DNA of 63,992 nucleotides, counting the filler, from Stramenopiles sp. TOSAG23-3 (taxonomy: Eukaryota): assembly GCA_900128585.1 (NCBI GenBank). It is 5 parts of 5 records of this genome, joined end to end, with 100 filler letters (N's around TTAATTAATTAA, not from the genome) between each part and the next. Parts side by side here need not be neighbours in the genome. Positions count along the whole stretch, not along the records: positions 13,327 to 26,551 come from LT642633.1; positions 26,652 to 39,869 come from LT642634.1; 3 more parts are not named here. The stretch is one strand, 5' to 3'. The translations under genes were made by a program, and so were the position numbers. Within the stretch, counting starts at the first letter, position 1. Each line of letters begins with the position of its first letter. Positions 19,241 to 31,000 of the stretch are shown here, in pieces. The notes beneath the pieces were generated by a model. The model saw nothing but the letters and a program-made list of their open reading frames with translations, was not told where the DNA came from and ran no database searches.

Positions 19241-20451
19241 ATCCTTTTTTAAATAACTCAGAGTAGAAGTAAAATCTAAATCCGACGACAGACGACGGAA
19301 AGAAAAAAAACTAAATTTTTTCGATTTTCTTCTTTTGGACGCTATTACCTGTTATTGTGTTGAATTTGTGTTGTCCGAACAGATTTTCCTTTCTTATCTG
19401 CTTACTTATATACTTGTAAAATACTCTACACTACAATTGTAAGAAGAAAAACAAGATTTCGAGGTTTCCTTTATATATCCCTAAGAGATCATACAAGTAC
19501 TTATTTCCAATACAATGTAATTTTTTTTCTCACGTTTTATCGGAACCCGTATTGAACTTCGCACGGTCAGTGCACAGGGGGGGGGTACCTCTCGTCTCGG
19601 CACTCGGCACACATATTATAACCTTATAATTCACCCGAAAACCAGGTAAAATTCACCCATCTAATCAGAGAGGAGAGTATCAGTTGTAATAAGAAAAAAT
19701 TAATTATTCGTGCAACTCCATCCTCTCGCACCTGCAAAACGTTCATCAAATTGTACTTTTAATTATATAATATAATAGTCGTATGCTATTCCTGTTCAAA
19801 ATACTGTGATTACATTGAGCACTCACTATTTCTCTTATATATCATACATTTGGATTGATTTGAATATGGTACTCATCTTCTCTCAAGCCAATAAAACGAT
19901 TACACCATAAACCATTATATAATTTATTTTGACACAAACAGAGGGACGAATTATTTTAGGCAAAAAATTGGGCATTTATGTATTAATATCCATTTAGCAT
20001 GAAGCCGAAGACGATTAAAACACAATTTGATCATATGATCGTTTCTTTTCCACCACAGATTTTTTGCACTGTTTCTACTGTAATGCTCTGCAGTGTAAAA
20101 ATGTTTGCTCTTTTTTTCTTCTCTGTTTCTGTCTCAAATAATACGCTCTTGGTAATTCTTTCCCCCTACTCTTCCCCTGTTGTTGACGGTTTGGTCAACC
20201 TGTGATGGAAGGCCAACACGCTCCTACAACAGGAAATAATCAGTAGTGTATTATTAATATATCACAGGCCGCTGATCACAACGAAAACAAATCCTATTGA
20301 GTAAAGCAGCTATCACATTGGCAGTTGACTTGCAATTCATCTGCTTGAAAAGTTAAATCAAATAGGGCTGTGTCGCGAAGCAGAGCCTTAAAAGTACTTT
20401 GTGACCCACAGAGATATTTCTGAATAACTAGTTTACCCACGCTTACTCACC

Positions 20452-23400
20452 ATGGCCACTCGAGAAGAGGCCTTGGAAAAGCTCGATGAGACCATTCAAG
20501 CAGACAAGGAAAGGTCCTCAGTTGAGATTACTGCTGCATTCCAGGAGCAGAAAGCAAAAATGGCGGAGATTGCCGCCGCAAAAAAGGAAGCTAAAAAGGA
20601 GGGGAAAGAGCTTGATTTGCGCGCCGATCTGCAAATGACCGAACATTCCTGCGATTTGGACGAATTGCTCGAGGAGCTCGGTACGGATCGCAAAACCGGT
20701 CTTTCCAAGCAGCAAGTGAAGGACAAGCAAGAAAAGGAAGGCTTCAACAGGTTGTCTCCTCCGTACGAAAAACCAGAGTGGCTGAAACTTTTGGAAACAC
20801 AGAAAGGTTTTTTCAATATCCTCTTATGGGCGGGGGCAACTCTATGCTTCATTGGGTACGGTTTGAACGAGTCCGTAGACAATTTATACCTTGGGATTGT
20901 TCTTTCGTTTGTTGTTACCGTCACGGGTATATTTGAATATTTTCAAGAGAAAAAGAGCAACGATTTGATGAATAGTTTCAAAAATATGTTGCCACCGGAA
21001 GTCCAGGTGCTTAGGGAAGGGCAATGGGACACTGTTGAAGCGCACGACATTTGCAGGGGTGATATTGTTAAGGTAGTGGCTGGAAACAAAATCCCTGCTG
21101 ATTTTCGTGTCATTGAGTGCACTGATGATATGAAAGTTGAGCAGTCTGCCTTGACTGGAGAACCTGATGCTTTGAGCCGCAATGCAAATATGTCGACAGA
21201 GACAAATCCTTTGGAAGCAAAAAATCTGTGCTTTTTTGGCACATTGTGCCCTCAAGGTTCGGCAAAGGGAATAATCGTTAATATTGGCGATAGTACGGTT
21301 ATGGGTCGAATTAAAACCATCGCCACGCAAACGGAAAATGTCCAAACTCCTATCAACAGAGAAATTGAACGGTTTGTTAAAATTGTTTCCAGCGTTGCAG
21401 TATTTTTGGGTGTAACTTTCTTCATTATCGGTGCCATCAAAGAGACGGATTTTATCACAAACCTTGTGTTTATGATTGGTATCATTGTTGCAAACGTTCC
21501 GGAGGGTCTTCTAGCGACCGTTACCGTTTGCTTATCTTTGACTGCACAGCGAATGTTTTACAAAAATGTGCTGGTGAAGAATCTGGAGTCTGTTGAGACC
21601 TTGGGTTCCACCTCTTGCATCTGTTCAGACAAAACAGGGACGTTGACCATCAACAAGATGACTGTTGCAAATGTTTGCGTTGATACCACGATATATGAAA
21701 CCCACTATTGCAGAACAAAAGCAGACTTGCCGGAGTTAGATGTCACAAAGGATTCAGCAAGGCGTCTCATTCGCTGTGGGACATGCTGCAACAATGCTAC
21801 GTTCCCAGCATCTGGACGCAGAGCAAGTGAAGACGACCCCAAAGGCGCCTATAAAAAAGGGGATGCTTTGCCATTTCGTAGTATCATCATGAAAGGCGGG
21901 GTGGAAGACAGCGTGATCAACTGGGTTACCGATGGTGATGCTTCGGAGAGTGCCATGATCAAATTCACTCAAGACCAAGGCATGTATAATGATGCAGCCG
22001 TGGAAGCATCAAAGGCAGCGGGTCTGGACGAGGTCGGAATTATGGGTGCCCGGGCGGCATACCCAAAAGTCAAGATTGAAAACAAAGGTCAAACGCGATC
22101 TTGGGAAATACCGTTTAATTCAAAGAACAAGTATCAAGTATCTGTTCACAAACAGCCCGGGGATGCAAAGAAGGCGCTTCTCTTGATGAAAGGTGCCCCT
22201 GAACGCATCTTGGATCGATGTGCATATGTTTGGCATGAGGGCGAGCGAGTAGAACTAACGGAAGACATGAAACAAAAGTACAACGATTTGAATCTTGACT
22301 TGGCGAAAATGGGAAGGCGGGTATTAGCCTTCTGTGAACAAGAGCTAGATGAGGCTAAGTACCCCGCAAATTGGGACGGGTTCAGTACAGATCCGCCTAA
22401 TTTTCCTCTTGGGGAATCAGAAGAAGTTGTCAATGAAAAACTTGCGCAGCAAAAGGAGGGAGACAAACCTGTGGCGTACAAACAAACGTGTGAAAAGCTT
22501 ACCTACATTGGTATGATGGCACTGATTGATCCCCCTAGACGACAAGTTCCTGGGGCCGTAGACAAATGTAAATCGGCTGGTATCAAGGTAGTTATGGTCA
22601 CTGGTGACCATCCTGCGACAGCCCATGCAATTGCCAAGGAAGTTAACATTATCTGGGGGAACACAAAAGAAGAACAAGAGGAAGAAAACATGAAGAAATA
22701 CGGCAATAAAATTGGGAAAGATGGTAAGGATAACCCAGAGTACGCACCTGCCAAAGTGGTTCCCGGTTGGACGTTTACACACTTGACGCCGCAAGAATGG
22801 TGGGATGCAACCTGTTCAAAGCAACAAATTGTCTTTGCTCGCACCTCACCGCAACAGAAACTAATTATCGTTGAAAATTTTCAGAAACGGGGGCAAGTTG
22901 TAGCCGTGACGGGTGATGGGGTCAATGATGCGCCAGCGTTGAAAAAAGCTGACATTGGCGTAGCAATGGGAATTATGGGCTCGGAAGTTTCAAAAGATGC
23001 TGCTGACATGATTCTTCTGGACGATAATTTCGCGTCAATTGTGTCGGGCGTTGAGGAAGGGCGTCTGATATTTGATAACCTGAAAAAGTCGATCGCGTAT
23101 ACTCTGTCTTCCAACATTCCAGAAATTTCACCGTTTCTTGCATTTATAACTGTCAACATCCCTCTGCCTTTATCCACCATCCTGATTTTGTGCGTCGATT
23201 TAGGGACCGACATGGTCCCTGCTATTTCGATGGCGTGGGAAAATGCAGAAGCTGACATTATGAAAAGAAGACCTCGCGATGCCCAAAATGATCATTTGGT
23301 GACCATGCGCCTGGTGTGTTTTGCATACCTGCAGATTGGTGTCGTGCAGGCTTCTGCAGGCTTCTATGCCTGGATGACCATCCTGAGTGATTACGGGTAC

Positions 23401-24672
23401 CAACCTAAAACACTTCCAGGCCTGGGGGCATTCGACAATTGGGGAAAACAATTGATGTACTGCAAAGTTAAAAATGGGGTGCTCCGAGATATCGATGGGA
23501 AGTATGCCACAACGCCATATGAAGAAATGAAGCCAGGGGAAGTTAACAAATGGTTTAGCGAAGGGTATTTCTTCTGGGACGATGACATTACTGTTCTTGA
23601 CGACCCATCAAAATCGTTGAGTGGTTTTGATTATGGGACTATTGACTCCTGCCATTTTCCTTCAAAAAATTTTGTTGGGCAATCCTCTACAGAATTTACC
23701 TGGACAAAGAAGGACAATTGGCCCCAAAACAATAAAGAAATCGAAACAACTGGAAAAAGGCGAGTAATTACTACCAACCAAATGCTTGCCCTACGAGAAG
23801 CGGGTTACATACCGTACATTCCATTTCGAGGCCGTATGTCCCCCTTTTTCAAAAAAGGTTGGTTGAATTGGGAAGTATCCGTGCAAGGCGAAGGACTTGG
23901 GGTACCAGGGATGGGAGAAACCCGGCAACTCAACTACCATTTTCAATCGCAACCGATTGGATACTATACCATCAAGAGTGGGGCGGAGAAGTACCAAAGG
24001 TCTGAATGGTTTGCTCATGTGACCACTGCATCGTTTACGGCAGCGGATGTCAACGAATTCAAAGTAGCAGGCCTGAAAATGGGGAGCGAAGTGTACAAAG
24101 ACAAAACTTCGTTTTTCTTGCCCGGGAGAAATTCGTCTGAATCTACGAAACTATTTACGAACTTTCCAATTGCAGATGAAGATATTGAGCAATCAGACGT
24201 CCCGAAAGCAAGCCACCAGACGGTCAACAAACTTCATTCTTGGGTTCAAGATGGGAAAATATACCAGAACGTAGCCAGTCGACAAATGCAATCAGAAGCG
24301 CTGGCGCATGCACAATGTGGTGGCTTCATCTGTATCATTGTAGTCCAATGGGCCGATTTGATGATCTGCAAAACGCGATGGCTTTCGATCAGACACCAAG
24401 GTATGAAAAATCATATAATGAACTTCGGGCTTCTTTTTGAAACCTGTCTTGGGGCATTTTTATGCTATACGCCTGGTTTGGGCGATGTGCTTGGGACTCG
24501 TCCACTGCGATTGTTGCACTGGACTCCAGGCATGCCGTTTTGTTTGCTCATATTTTTATACGACGAAACTCGAAAAAAAATTATGCGTGATAGTAGTCAA
24601 ACCATCACAGACAAAGTATCCGGTGAAAACTTTAAAAAAGCTGGATGGATGGAACGTATGACGTACTACTAA
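20452..24672 (+). CDS. Na+/K+-ATPase alpha subunit (P2C P-type ATPase) with an extended M7-M8 loop
   Basis: ANVPEGLLATVT, CSDKTGTLT, KGAPERI, MVTGDHP, TGDGVNDAPALKKAD, SNIPEISPF, DLGTD, VQWAD, C-terminal TYY. Confidence 0.95.
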   Translation: MATREEALEKLDETIQADKERSSVEITAAFQEQKAKMAEIAAAKKEAKKEGKELDLRADLQMTEHSCDLDELLEELGTDRKTGLSKQQVKDKQEKEGFNRLSPPYEKPEWLKLLETQKGFFNILLWAGATLCFIGYGLNESVDNLYLGIVLSFVVTVTGIFEYFQEKKSNDLMNSFKNMLPPEVQVLREGQWDTVEAHDICRGDIVKVVAGNKIPADFRVIECTDDMKVEQSALTGEPDALSRNANMSTETNPLEAKNLCFFGTLCPQGSAKGIIVNIGDSTVMGRIKTIATQTENVQTPINREIERFVKIVSSVAVFLGVTFFIIGAIKETDFITNLVFMIGIIVANVPEGLLATVTVCLSLTAQRMFYKNVLVKNLESVETLGSTSCICSDKTGTLTINKMTVANVCVDTTIYETHYCRTKADLPELDVTKDSARRLIRCGTCCNNATFPASGRRASEDDPKGAYKKGDALPFRSIIMKGGVEDSVINWVTDGDASESAMIKFTQDQGMYNDAAVEASKAAGLDEVGIMGARAAYPKVKIENKGQTRSWEIPFNSKNKYQVSVHKQPGDAKKALLLMKGAPERILDRCAYVWHEGERVELTEDMKQKYNDLNLDLAKMGRRVLAFCEQELDEAKYPANWDGFSTDPPNFPLGESEEVVNEKLAQQKEGDKPVAYKQTCEKLTYIGMMALIDPPRRQVPGAVDKCKSAGIKVVMVTGDHPATAHAIAKEVNIIWGNTKEEQEEENMKKYGNKIGKDGKDNPEYAPAKVVPGWTFTHLTPQEWWDATCSKQQIVFARTSPQQKLIIVENFQKRGQVVAVTGDGVNDAPALKKADIGVAMGIMGSEVSKDAADMILLDDNFASIVSGVEEGRLIFDNLKKSIAYTLSSNIPEISPFLAFITVNIPLPLSTILILCVDLGTDMVPAISMAWENAEADIMKRRPRDAQNDHLVTMRLVCFAYLQIGVVQASAGFYAWMTILSDYGYQPKTLPGLGAFDNWGKQLMYCKVKNGVLRDIDGKYATTPYEEMKPGEVNKWFSEGYFFWDDDITVLDDPSKSLSGFDYGTIDSCHFPSKNFVGQSSTEFTWTKKDNWPQNNKEIETTGKRRVITTNQMLALREAGYIPYIPFRGRMSPFFKKGWLNWEVSVQGEGLGVPGMGETRQLNYHFQSQPIGYYTIKSGAEKYQRSEWFAHVTTASFTAADVNEFKVAGLKMGSEVYKDKTSFFLPGRNSSESTKLFTNFPIADEDIEQSDVPKASHQTVNKLHSWVQDGKIYQNVASRQMQSEALAHAQCGGFICIIVVQWADLMICKTRWLSIRHQGMKNHIMNFGLLFETCLGAFLCYTPGLGDVLGTRPLRLLHWTPGMPFCLLIFLYDETRKKIMRDSSQTITDKVSGENFKKAGWMERMTYY

Positions 24673-25555
24673 TTTTGGGTAGTACTACGGCAATATAATT
24701 TATAACAGTTGGCACGAATTGAAGTGCTTCCTGAAAAACACGAAGGTGAACATGCTGATATATCAGCCCATGGGGATTGACCCTAATCAATATCCAGTGA
24801 TTTATTACAACTCTGTTAGTGCAAATCATTCATACGAAATTATGAGATGGGTGAATTGTGCATGCCCAACAGCACATACATTTACAGGTTACACTGGTGA
24901 AAGCAAAACTGAAGACGCATCATATGATAAGTGATAAGATATTTTGGTTGGATTTATACGGAGAATTTAACGTAAGCTTATTGTAAGATTTTATAAGACT
25001 AAAAAGCACAACGATTATTTCGTCGTTTAATTAAAACGCCTAATCTCCTCCCAACTTGTCTTATATCCGCGAGATTTCTGGAAAGTAAATACAGTGTCCT
25101 ATCATATTTTAAAGAACAAAATATATGTTAAGGGATATTACTATTATATTATGATGATATTTATTAAAAAAAACAAATTTGTGAATTTCTTCATTATTTC
25201 CTTAGAGCCTATATACTACCTCCCATTACTTTTTGTGAACCGGTATATTTCTACTATAATTCCTTAAACTGAGAGTCCATAGTTGGTGGGAGCACCAATA
25301 CAACAGCAATAATAGATGAATAATTATTATTCATTCATCATCTCAGACGACGACAGCAACAATAAATAACACAATATTACAGGATACCTTGGGGAAACTT
25401 ATCTCTTCAACTCTTTTAAAGGTATGCGTCCGATCTGTTTACAATTGCCTGCACTTTTCACTTTTGAACTTTTGAAAATTGCAGGCATACGTCAAAAGAC
25501 AGGACCAAATTTAAAATCAACCCCCCAAAAAAACACCTCAAAAACACCCCAAAAT

Positions 25556-26113
25556 ATGTCACAAACTCGAACTCTACGGGAGACGGAAGACAGTCGAACG
25601 GCTAATAGTCTGCCAGCCCCAGCTGCCCCAAACCATGCTCTCTACAAAGAGTACATGTTAAACCCGTCGGCACGGTTTCCAAGGCGCAGGGTGGACAGAA
25701 CTGTGTGATTTGTAATAGCGAACGCGCTATCTAGGATACAGAAAACCTTGAAAACCTTAGTACAAATATTGTGCTGGAGGGGACCAATATTAAAATTGTC
25801 AGTGTGGAGGAGATAGAACTCCACAAGATAGCAATTGCTGAAGAAAAAGAACGTTTGTCACAAAAAAGGAAAGCAGAATCTGAAGCAAGGTAAGAGACAA
25901 CATTTAAAGGGTTCAAAGAGACGAAAGGGTGGTGACCTGTCAAGCCAACTGGCAAAGTAAAAGAAAGCCCACGTTGAAAGAGAAAAACAAAATTCCCAAT
26001 CAACAGGTAAAAGGCTTGAGGAAGAAAAAACTTACGAACAAACGGGGAAGAAGCTATGGGGCGAGAGCATGACGTCGCACCTCGCGGTTACTGTTCCGCA
26101 AACTGTCCTTGAG
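25556..26113 (+). pseudogene. Possible degraded coding sequence
   Basis: Coding-like composition with one frame (..GQNCVICNSERAI*DTENLENL..EEKERLSQKRKAESEAR*..) broken by several stops. Confidence 0.25.
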
Positions 26114-26551
26114 CATAGCGAGCGGGAAGTCGTGTAACAATACAAAAAAAATATTGGTAATATAAATGCTATTATTCAGCACCTTGATATTACATTGTGT
26201 ACATGTTGTATATCAATCGTTACAGGGTCTTCATCATTGGATGTTCTTTAAAACCAGAGGGTATTTTTAGTATTTAAGGAAGGACAATTCGATAGTTAAG
26301 GAACACCGAACAAACTGAATTTTTCTTATTTTTTAGGAGGAAGCACGACAAAAAGTGAAAAGTGAACAAAATATGAAAACCGGGCGATATGTAAATAGCT
26401 CAAATTAAGTTTATAATATCATATAGTCCAGGATTTGATTTTTCAAAGTGCAGACAATTATTAATTTAAAAGTACCTCCGGCACGATGACCCTGCTGATT
26501 GAAGTAGATTTAAGGATGTTGTGTATCGTTTCGAATATATATTACAGTATT

Positions 26552-26651
26552 NNNNNNNNNNNNNNNNNNNNNNNNNNNNNNNNNNNNNNNNNNNNTTAAT
26601 TAATTAANNNNNNNNNNNNNNNNNNNNNNNNNNNNNNNNNNNNNNNNNNNN
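26552..26651. other. Artificial contig-joining spacer
   Basis: N44-TTAATTAATTAA-N44. Confidence 0.97.
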
Positions 26652-27550
26652 CCATTTGCGCCTTTGCCGGCGCAGAGAACTTGAAAGACACCCGAGTATC
26701 CCAGGGCATTTCGAGCAAAAGCACTCTTACCAAACAGGGATTGGGTACTGCTTCCAAAACGAAGTTCGTAAAAAAATACTGGAGAAAGATGTCGACATTT
26801 GTCAAGGGTAAAATCGAAAAAGTCGAGGCAGCAGTTGTCAAACTGCAAGGGAGGGCTAAGGCGAGGTTGGAAGCGCTGAAGCAAAAAATCAAAGAGTGCC
26901 ATCCCAGATGCCATAGACAGATGTGGAAATTTGTCAAAGGTGTTTACCAAAAAGTCAAGGTAGCATTTGTTGAACTGCATGGGAAGACTAAGACTTACTT
27001 TGATGCGCAGAAGCAAAAGAACAAAGGACCTAAAGGCTACGTATCAAAATTGCCGTACTCCCAACATGCCATGATGGGCACTAATTTATATGTGCCCACG
27101 CATCCCATCAACTGCGGCGTTGTCTATGACTACGGGAGAAAAGGCAACGATATCGCCGACGAAGCTTGTGTAACACTTGTGACAAAACGTCTGGAAAAAG
27201 AAGAAATATCGAAAGATATTTTTCTTGAAGTCGGTGTCTTGGCACTTGAGGGAACTGCTCCATCAGGTTGCGACCTCGAAGGAATGTTTAGCCGTGGCCA
27301 TCTTCCTAACAGATGTCCCGAAAGAGGCGAATCGGTTGAATTTACCGCAACAGATGCTTTGGCAAAATGCGTTGAAGCACTTCACAAATATAAGAAACCA
27401 GCGGTGTATCAAAACAAAAACACAGGAGACCGACTCGAGCTGTGGGTTGATGAAAACACTGATGAAGAACCTCAGCTGATGGCCAAGGATAACTGTGGAA
27501 TGAAGAGACGACGATTGCTCCAAGCTGGTAATAATAATGCGCAATCATAA
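26652..27550 (+). CDS. Hypothetical protein, 5'-partial (Lys-rich helices, Cys-containing C-terminal domain, RRRLL motif)
   Basis: ORF 26681..27550 runs back to the contig edge; coding-like composition. Confidence 0.65.
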
Positions 27551-27680
27551 GCGAGAGTGAAGAAATTGTGCGAAGCGTCGCATCTCCTCGTATGAAAAGT
27601 AAACTTAAGCTTTTGTGTGTACCATAAAATTTATTTCTTTTCCTGTGGTTTTCTTAATTTAAAAACAAAAAATTGGCCAG

Positions 27681-27842
27681 CTACCGATTCGGATTGTGCA
27701 TGGAGTCCATCTATTGATTAGTGAAACCACAAGAGCAAGATAAGTTCGAAATTTAGAGTTCAGTTCGCAGTACATTAATTTTAATTACCTAAGCCAATTT
27801 TCTTGATTTAATTATCATAACAGCCAATCTTCTTGTTTTTTT
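27681..27842 (-). repeat. Repeat family B copy
   Basis: CTACCGATTCGGATTGTGCATGGAGT..TATTGATTAGTGAAACCACA and TTCAGTTCGCAGTACATTAATTTTAATTAC..ATAACAGCCAAT. Confidence 0.85.
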
Positions 27843-28003
27843 TATTTTGCTTAAAATATCAATCAACTCATAATATTAATACTATTCGTCCCTGTTTCAC
27901 TCTACTACCATCATATTTCAAGTCAAACCCTAATAATTTATTTCGACCCACATCATGATTACGAGCTTGGTGCTATTCCTCACAGCAAATTAACTTATCA
28001 CTT

Positions 28004-31000
28004 CTATATCAAAATTTCTCTTATTCCGTCGCTGCTAGCGATAAGAATTTTCCTTGACAGCGGGAACAGTTGGGCGCACTGAATACGCTGAGAAAATATG
28101 GTGGCCGAGCCTGTTCTGAACGGGAAAAATTGCGATTCCATAAACACGCACTTCTGGGACTGAAAATCAACCGGCATAGTTGTCACCGCAACATGGCCTT
28201 GGGACAAGCCATAGAAGCGGTCGTTGCTGCCGGGCAAGACCGTCAGGGTCGGGTCTTCATTTGCCAGAATAAGATTCTTTCTGCAAACGACTTGGGTAAC
28301 CTTGTTGCTGGATTTGAAAGAGTTGACAATGCAGCCAGTTCGCTGGTCCAAAGTGTGAACGTTTCCGAGTTTCGAGCCTACCGTGATGTAGTGTTCGGTC
28401 TCTAGGGCAACGCACGATAGTGTGTCACGCTGCATGGACACCTTCCATTCATAAGATACTTTTGGGTTTTTTTCACGGAAATCTATGCATACGATCGTCC
28501 CACGGTTTGTTGTCAGCGCGGCGCGCCTCGGAGACCGCTCCCAACCGGCCATTGCTGTAAAAAAGGCTCCAGGGCTTTTTCTTATTCTCCCCGTGAACCT
28601 CCCTTTGTTAATATCCCATAGGTGAACGCCACCATCGCACATCAAAGCGTGTTGTTCAAATATGTGAAGGCCGGTCACGGGGCTGCTGCCTACGCTTACC
28701 TGGTGCGACAGAATCGGTGTGCCGTTGCCAACGCTTATAGGAGCCAACATTCCTTCCCGCGTTCCTGCCAAAAGCAGGGACTCGTCCCGGTTCGTTGCCA
28801 TCGCAGTGACGTCTGCTAGTTGGTCCTCGTCGGAAGCGTGGTGGCGCACATAGAATGTTTTTGCCGGGGAAAAATTATTGTCGATGTTGTCTCCATCGTG
28901 GATGTTCCTTCGCCTGATCTTGAACTTTTTTAGTCTCTCTTGGCTCAACAAATCCGTTCTTCGGCTCGAAAATGCCTTGAGTTCGCCTTCAAACGCGTTC
29001 GATGTTGAATCGTTCTGGTTAGTTTTCTTTAGCAGCGCTTTCTGCCTCGCCTCTTCTGCTTCTTTCGCAATGCGCTCGGCTCTAGTCAGCCCAATTTTCC
29101 CGCCACTCTTCTTCAGAGACAGCAGTTCCAACGTCAGGACAGAATTCTTGTGAGTGGTTCCACCAATAGTGCTACTCAGCGTGTTGCTGACGGCTTCAAT
29201 GCTGCTCCCAATGACCCCCATGTCTTCCTCGGGACTCGGGGCCTCTGCATTGTTTTGAGAATCAGTGGGCGGGGCAGACTCTTCTTCTTCTTCTTGATCC
29301 AAGTCTTCCATGGAAAGTATCCCAACAATTTGGTAAAACTCTTTAATTCTTTGTCGATCGCAGACGCCAAACACAAAGTCAAACCGTTTCTTTCCGAGCA
29401 TCATGGACAGGGGCAGGAAAAAATTGCGCGCAAACGTAATGACTGCCTTCAGCTCAATAGACCGACTTTCCATGTTTGGGAACGTTTTTATAATGTGCAG
29501 CACTAAATTTTTCAAGGACGGTACAATTTTCTCCACGGTAACCTGCTTCCCAACTATTCGAGACAGGCTCAAAATTGTGTTGCCGAGCAGGGTGTGGAGC
29601 TTGATACCCCCTTTGTTTCCGTGCCCGCGCTTAGGAAGCGGGAGCAGCTCCAAAAAATTAAACAGCGTGCAGTGCTGCACGCTGTTTCCTTCGGGGCCAA
29701 CGTTCCCATCAATAAACAGACGGTACGTGGTCTGCCGACGCGTAATTACGGGTATAAGCAGTGATAGCGCCTGCACCACTTCGAACGCGGCAACGTTTAC
29801 GTTTTCTGGTAAGACCCCATTGTCTCTTATTTTTCGCAAAAAATTGGGCAACAAACCAAACAAATGTGGAATGATGACTTTTGACGTAGCCCTTTCTCCA
29901 ATCCTTCGTGCGACGCCCCGGATCGATTCTGGCATCAATGTTACGTTTGGTTTCACTTGACCCATGCGCTCGAGCAACATGGGCAACAGGTACTTTGTCG
30001 AAACATCACTGCCCAAGGCACCAGGCGAAGACAGTTGGTTGATGCTCTCCGATGCATTAACTTGGGCCTTTCGTTTGCCAGCATCGTACGAGTTTACGCT
30101 GGCAGCAACGTCCTCCGTATGAATCACGTCTACCAGGAGAGGTACGTAAGCTTCTAGAAAGACTTTTGGGCCCATTTCTCCCAACACGCTGTATATGAAT
30201 CGAAAGCCTGTAAAAACACTTAGGACTTCCCAGACGTTCTCGTACTCCTCCGACGACGAGGGACTATCGGATGCATTATCGCTCTCGAGTACGCGCAGCA
30301 GACTCTCAACAACATTTACAGTGTGGGAAAAAATCGTCTCCGTGCCCACATGGCGACCAAACAGATACCACATGTCAAGGGCCACTTCCACGGCCGTTTT
30401 TGAGTGGGAGGCAATTAAGTCCAAAAAATTGGGCAACAGCATCTGTACAACGTGCGTCCCGGCGGCCAAGAGCGACGGGAAATGTTTCTTCGCCAACGCA
30501 GCCCGCTCGAACCAATCTTCTTTACGGTACCACATGCAGTGAAAATGGTAGACACCTTCGTAAATATCCGGAAATACCGCCGGGTCTTGCAGCAGAGCAG
30601 CCGCAGACGGTCGCCTATGCGGCGACGGGTGTAGCATCCGGAGCAGTGCATTTTTCAGGGGGCCGGGCATCATTTCAAGATGGGGTGCGAGCTGGTGCAA
30701 TCGCTGTACGGTGCTAAATTGCTCCTTCTCGTCGCTGAGCCCAAGGTAATAGTTCAGCGCGCTGGAGTCAAACAGTGGCCTGAAATTTGGCATGAAAAGC
30801 TGCCCTAGGATAGACCCGATGGCGAATATATCGTCTTTTGGGTTGATCCCGACTCGGTCGTATGGCGATGGGTAGTACGCGGGGTCCAGCAGACGCCGTT
30901 CACTGTCATTTTCAATCGGAGGGCGCTCGCTACTGCTCATGGCATCGTTGGGGTGAACTCTAATAGAACTCAACAAATCCCTCTCCACGTCGCTCGAACG

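Noticed and set aside
25424-26113. Stop-codon readthrough or selenoprotein
   Set aside because: The interruptions are a mix of TAG, TAA and TGA and no SECIS is evident; this fits decay better.
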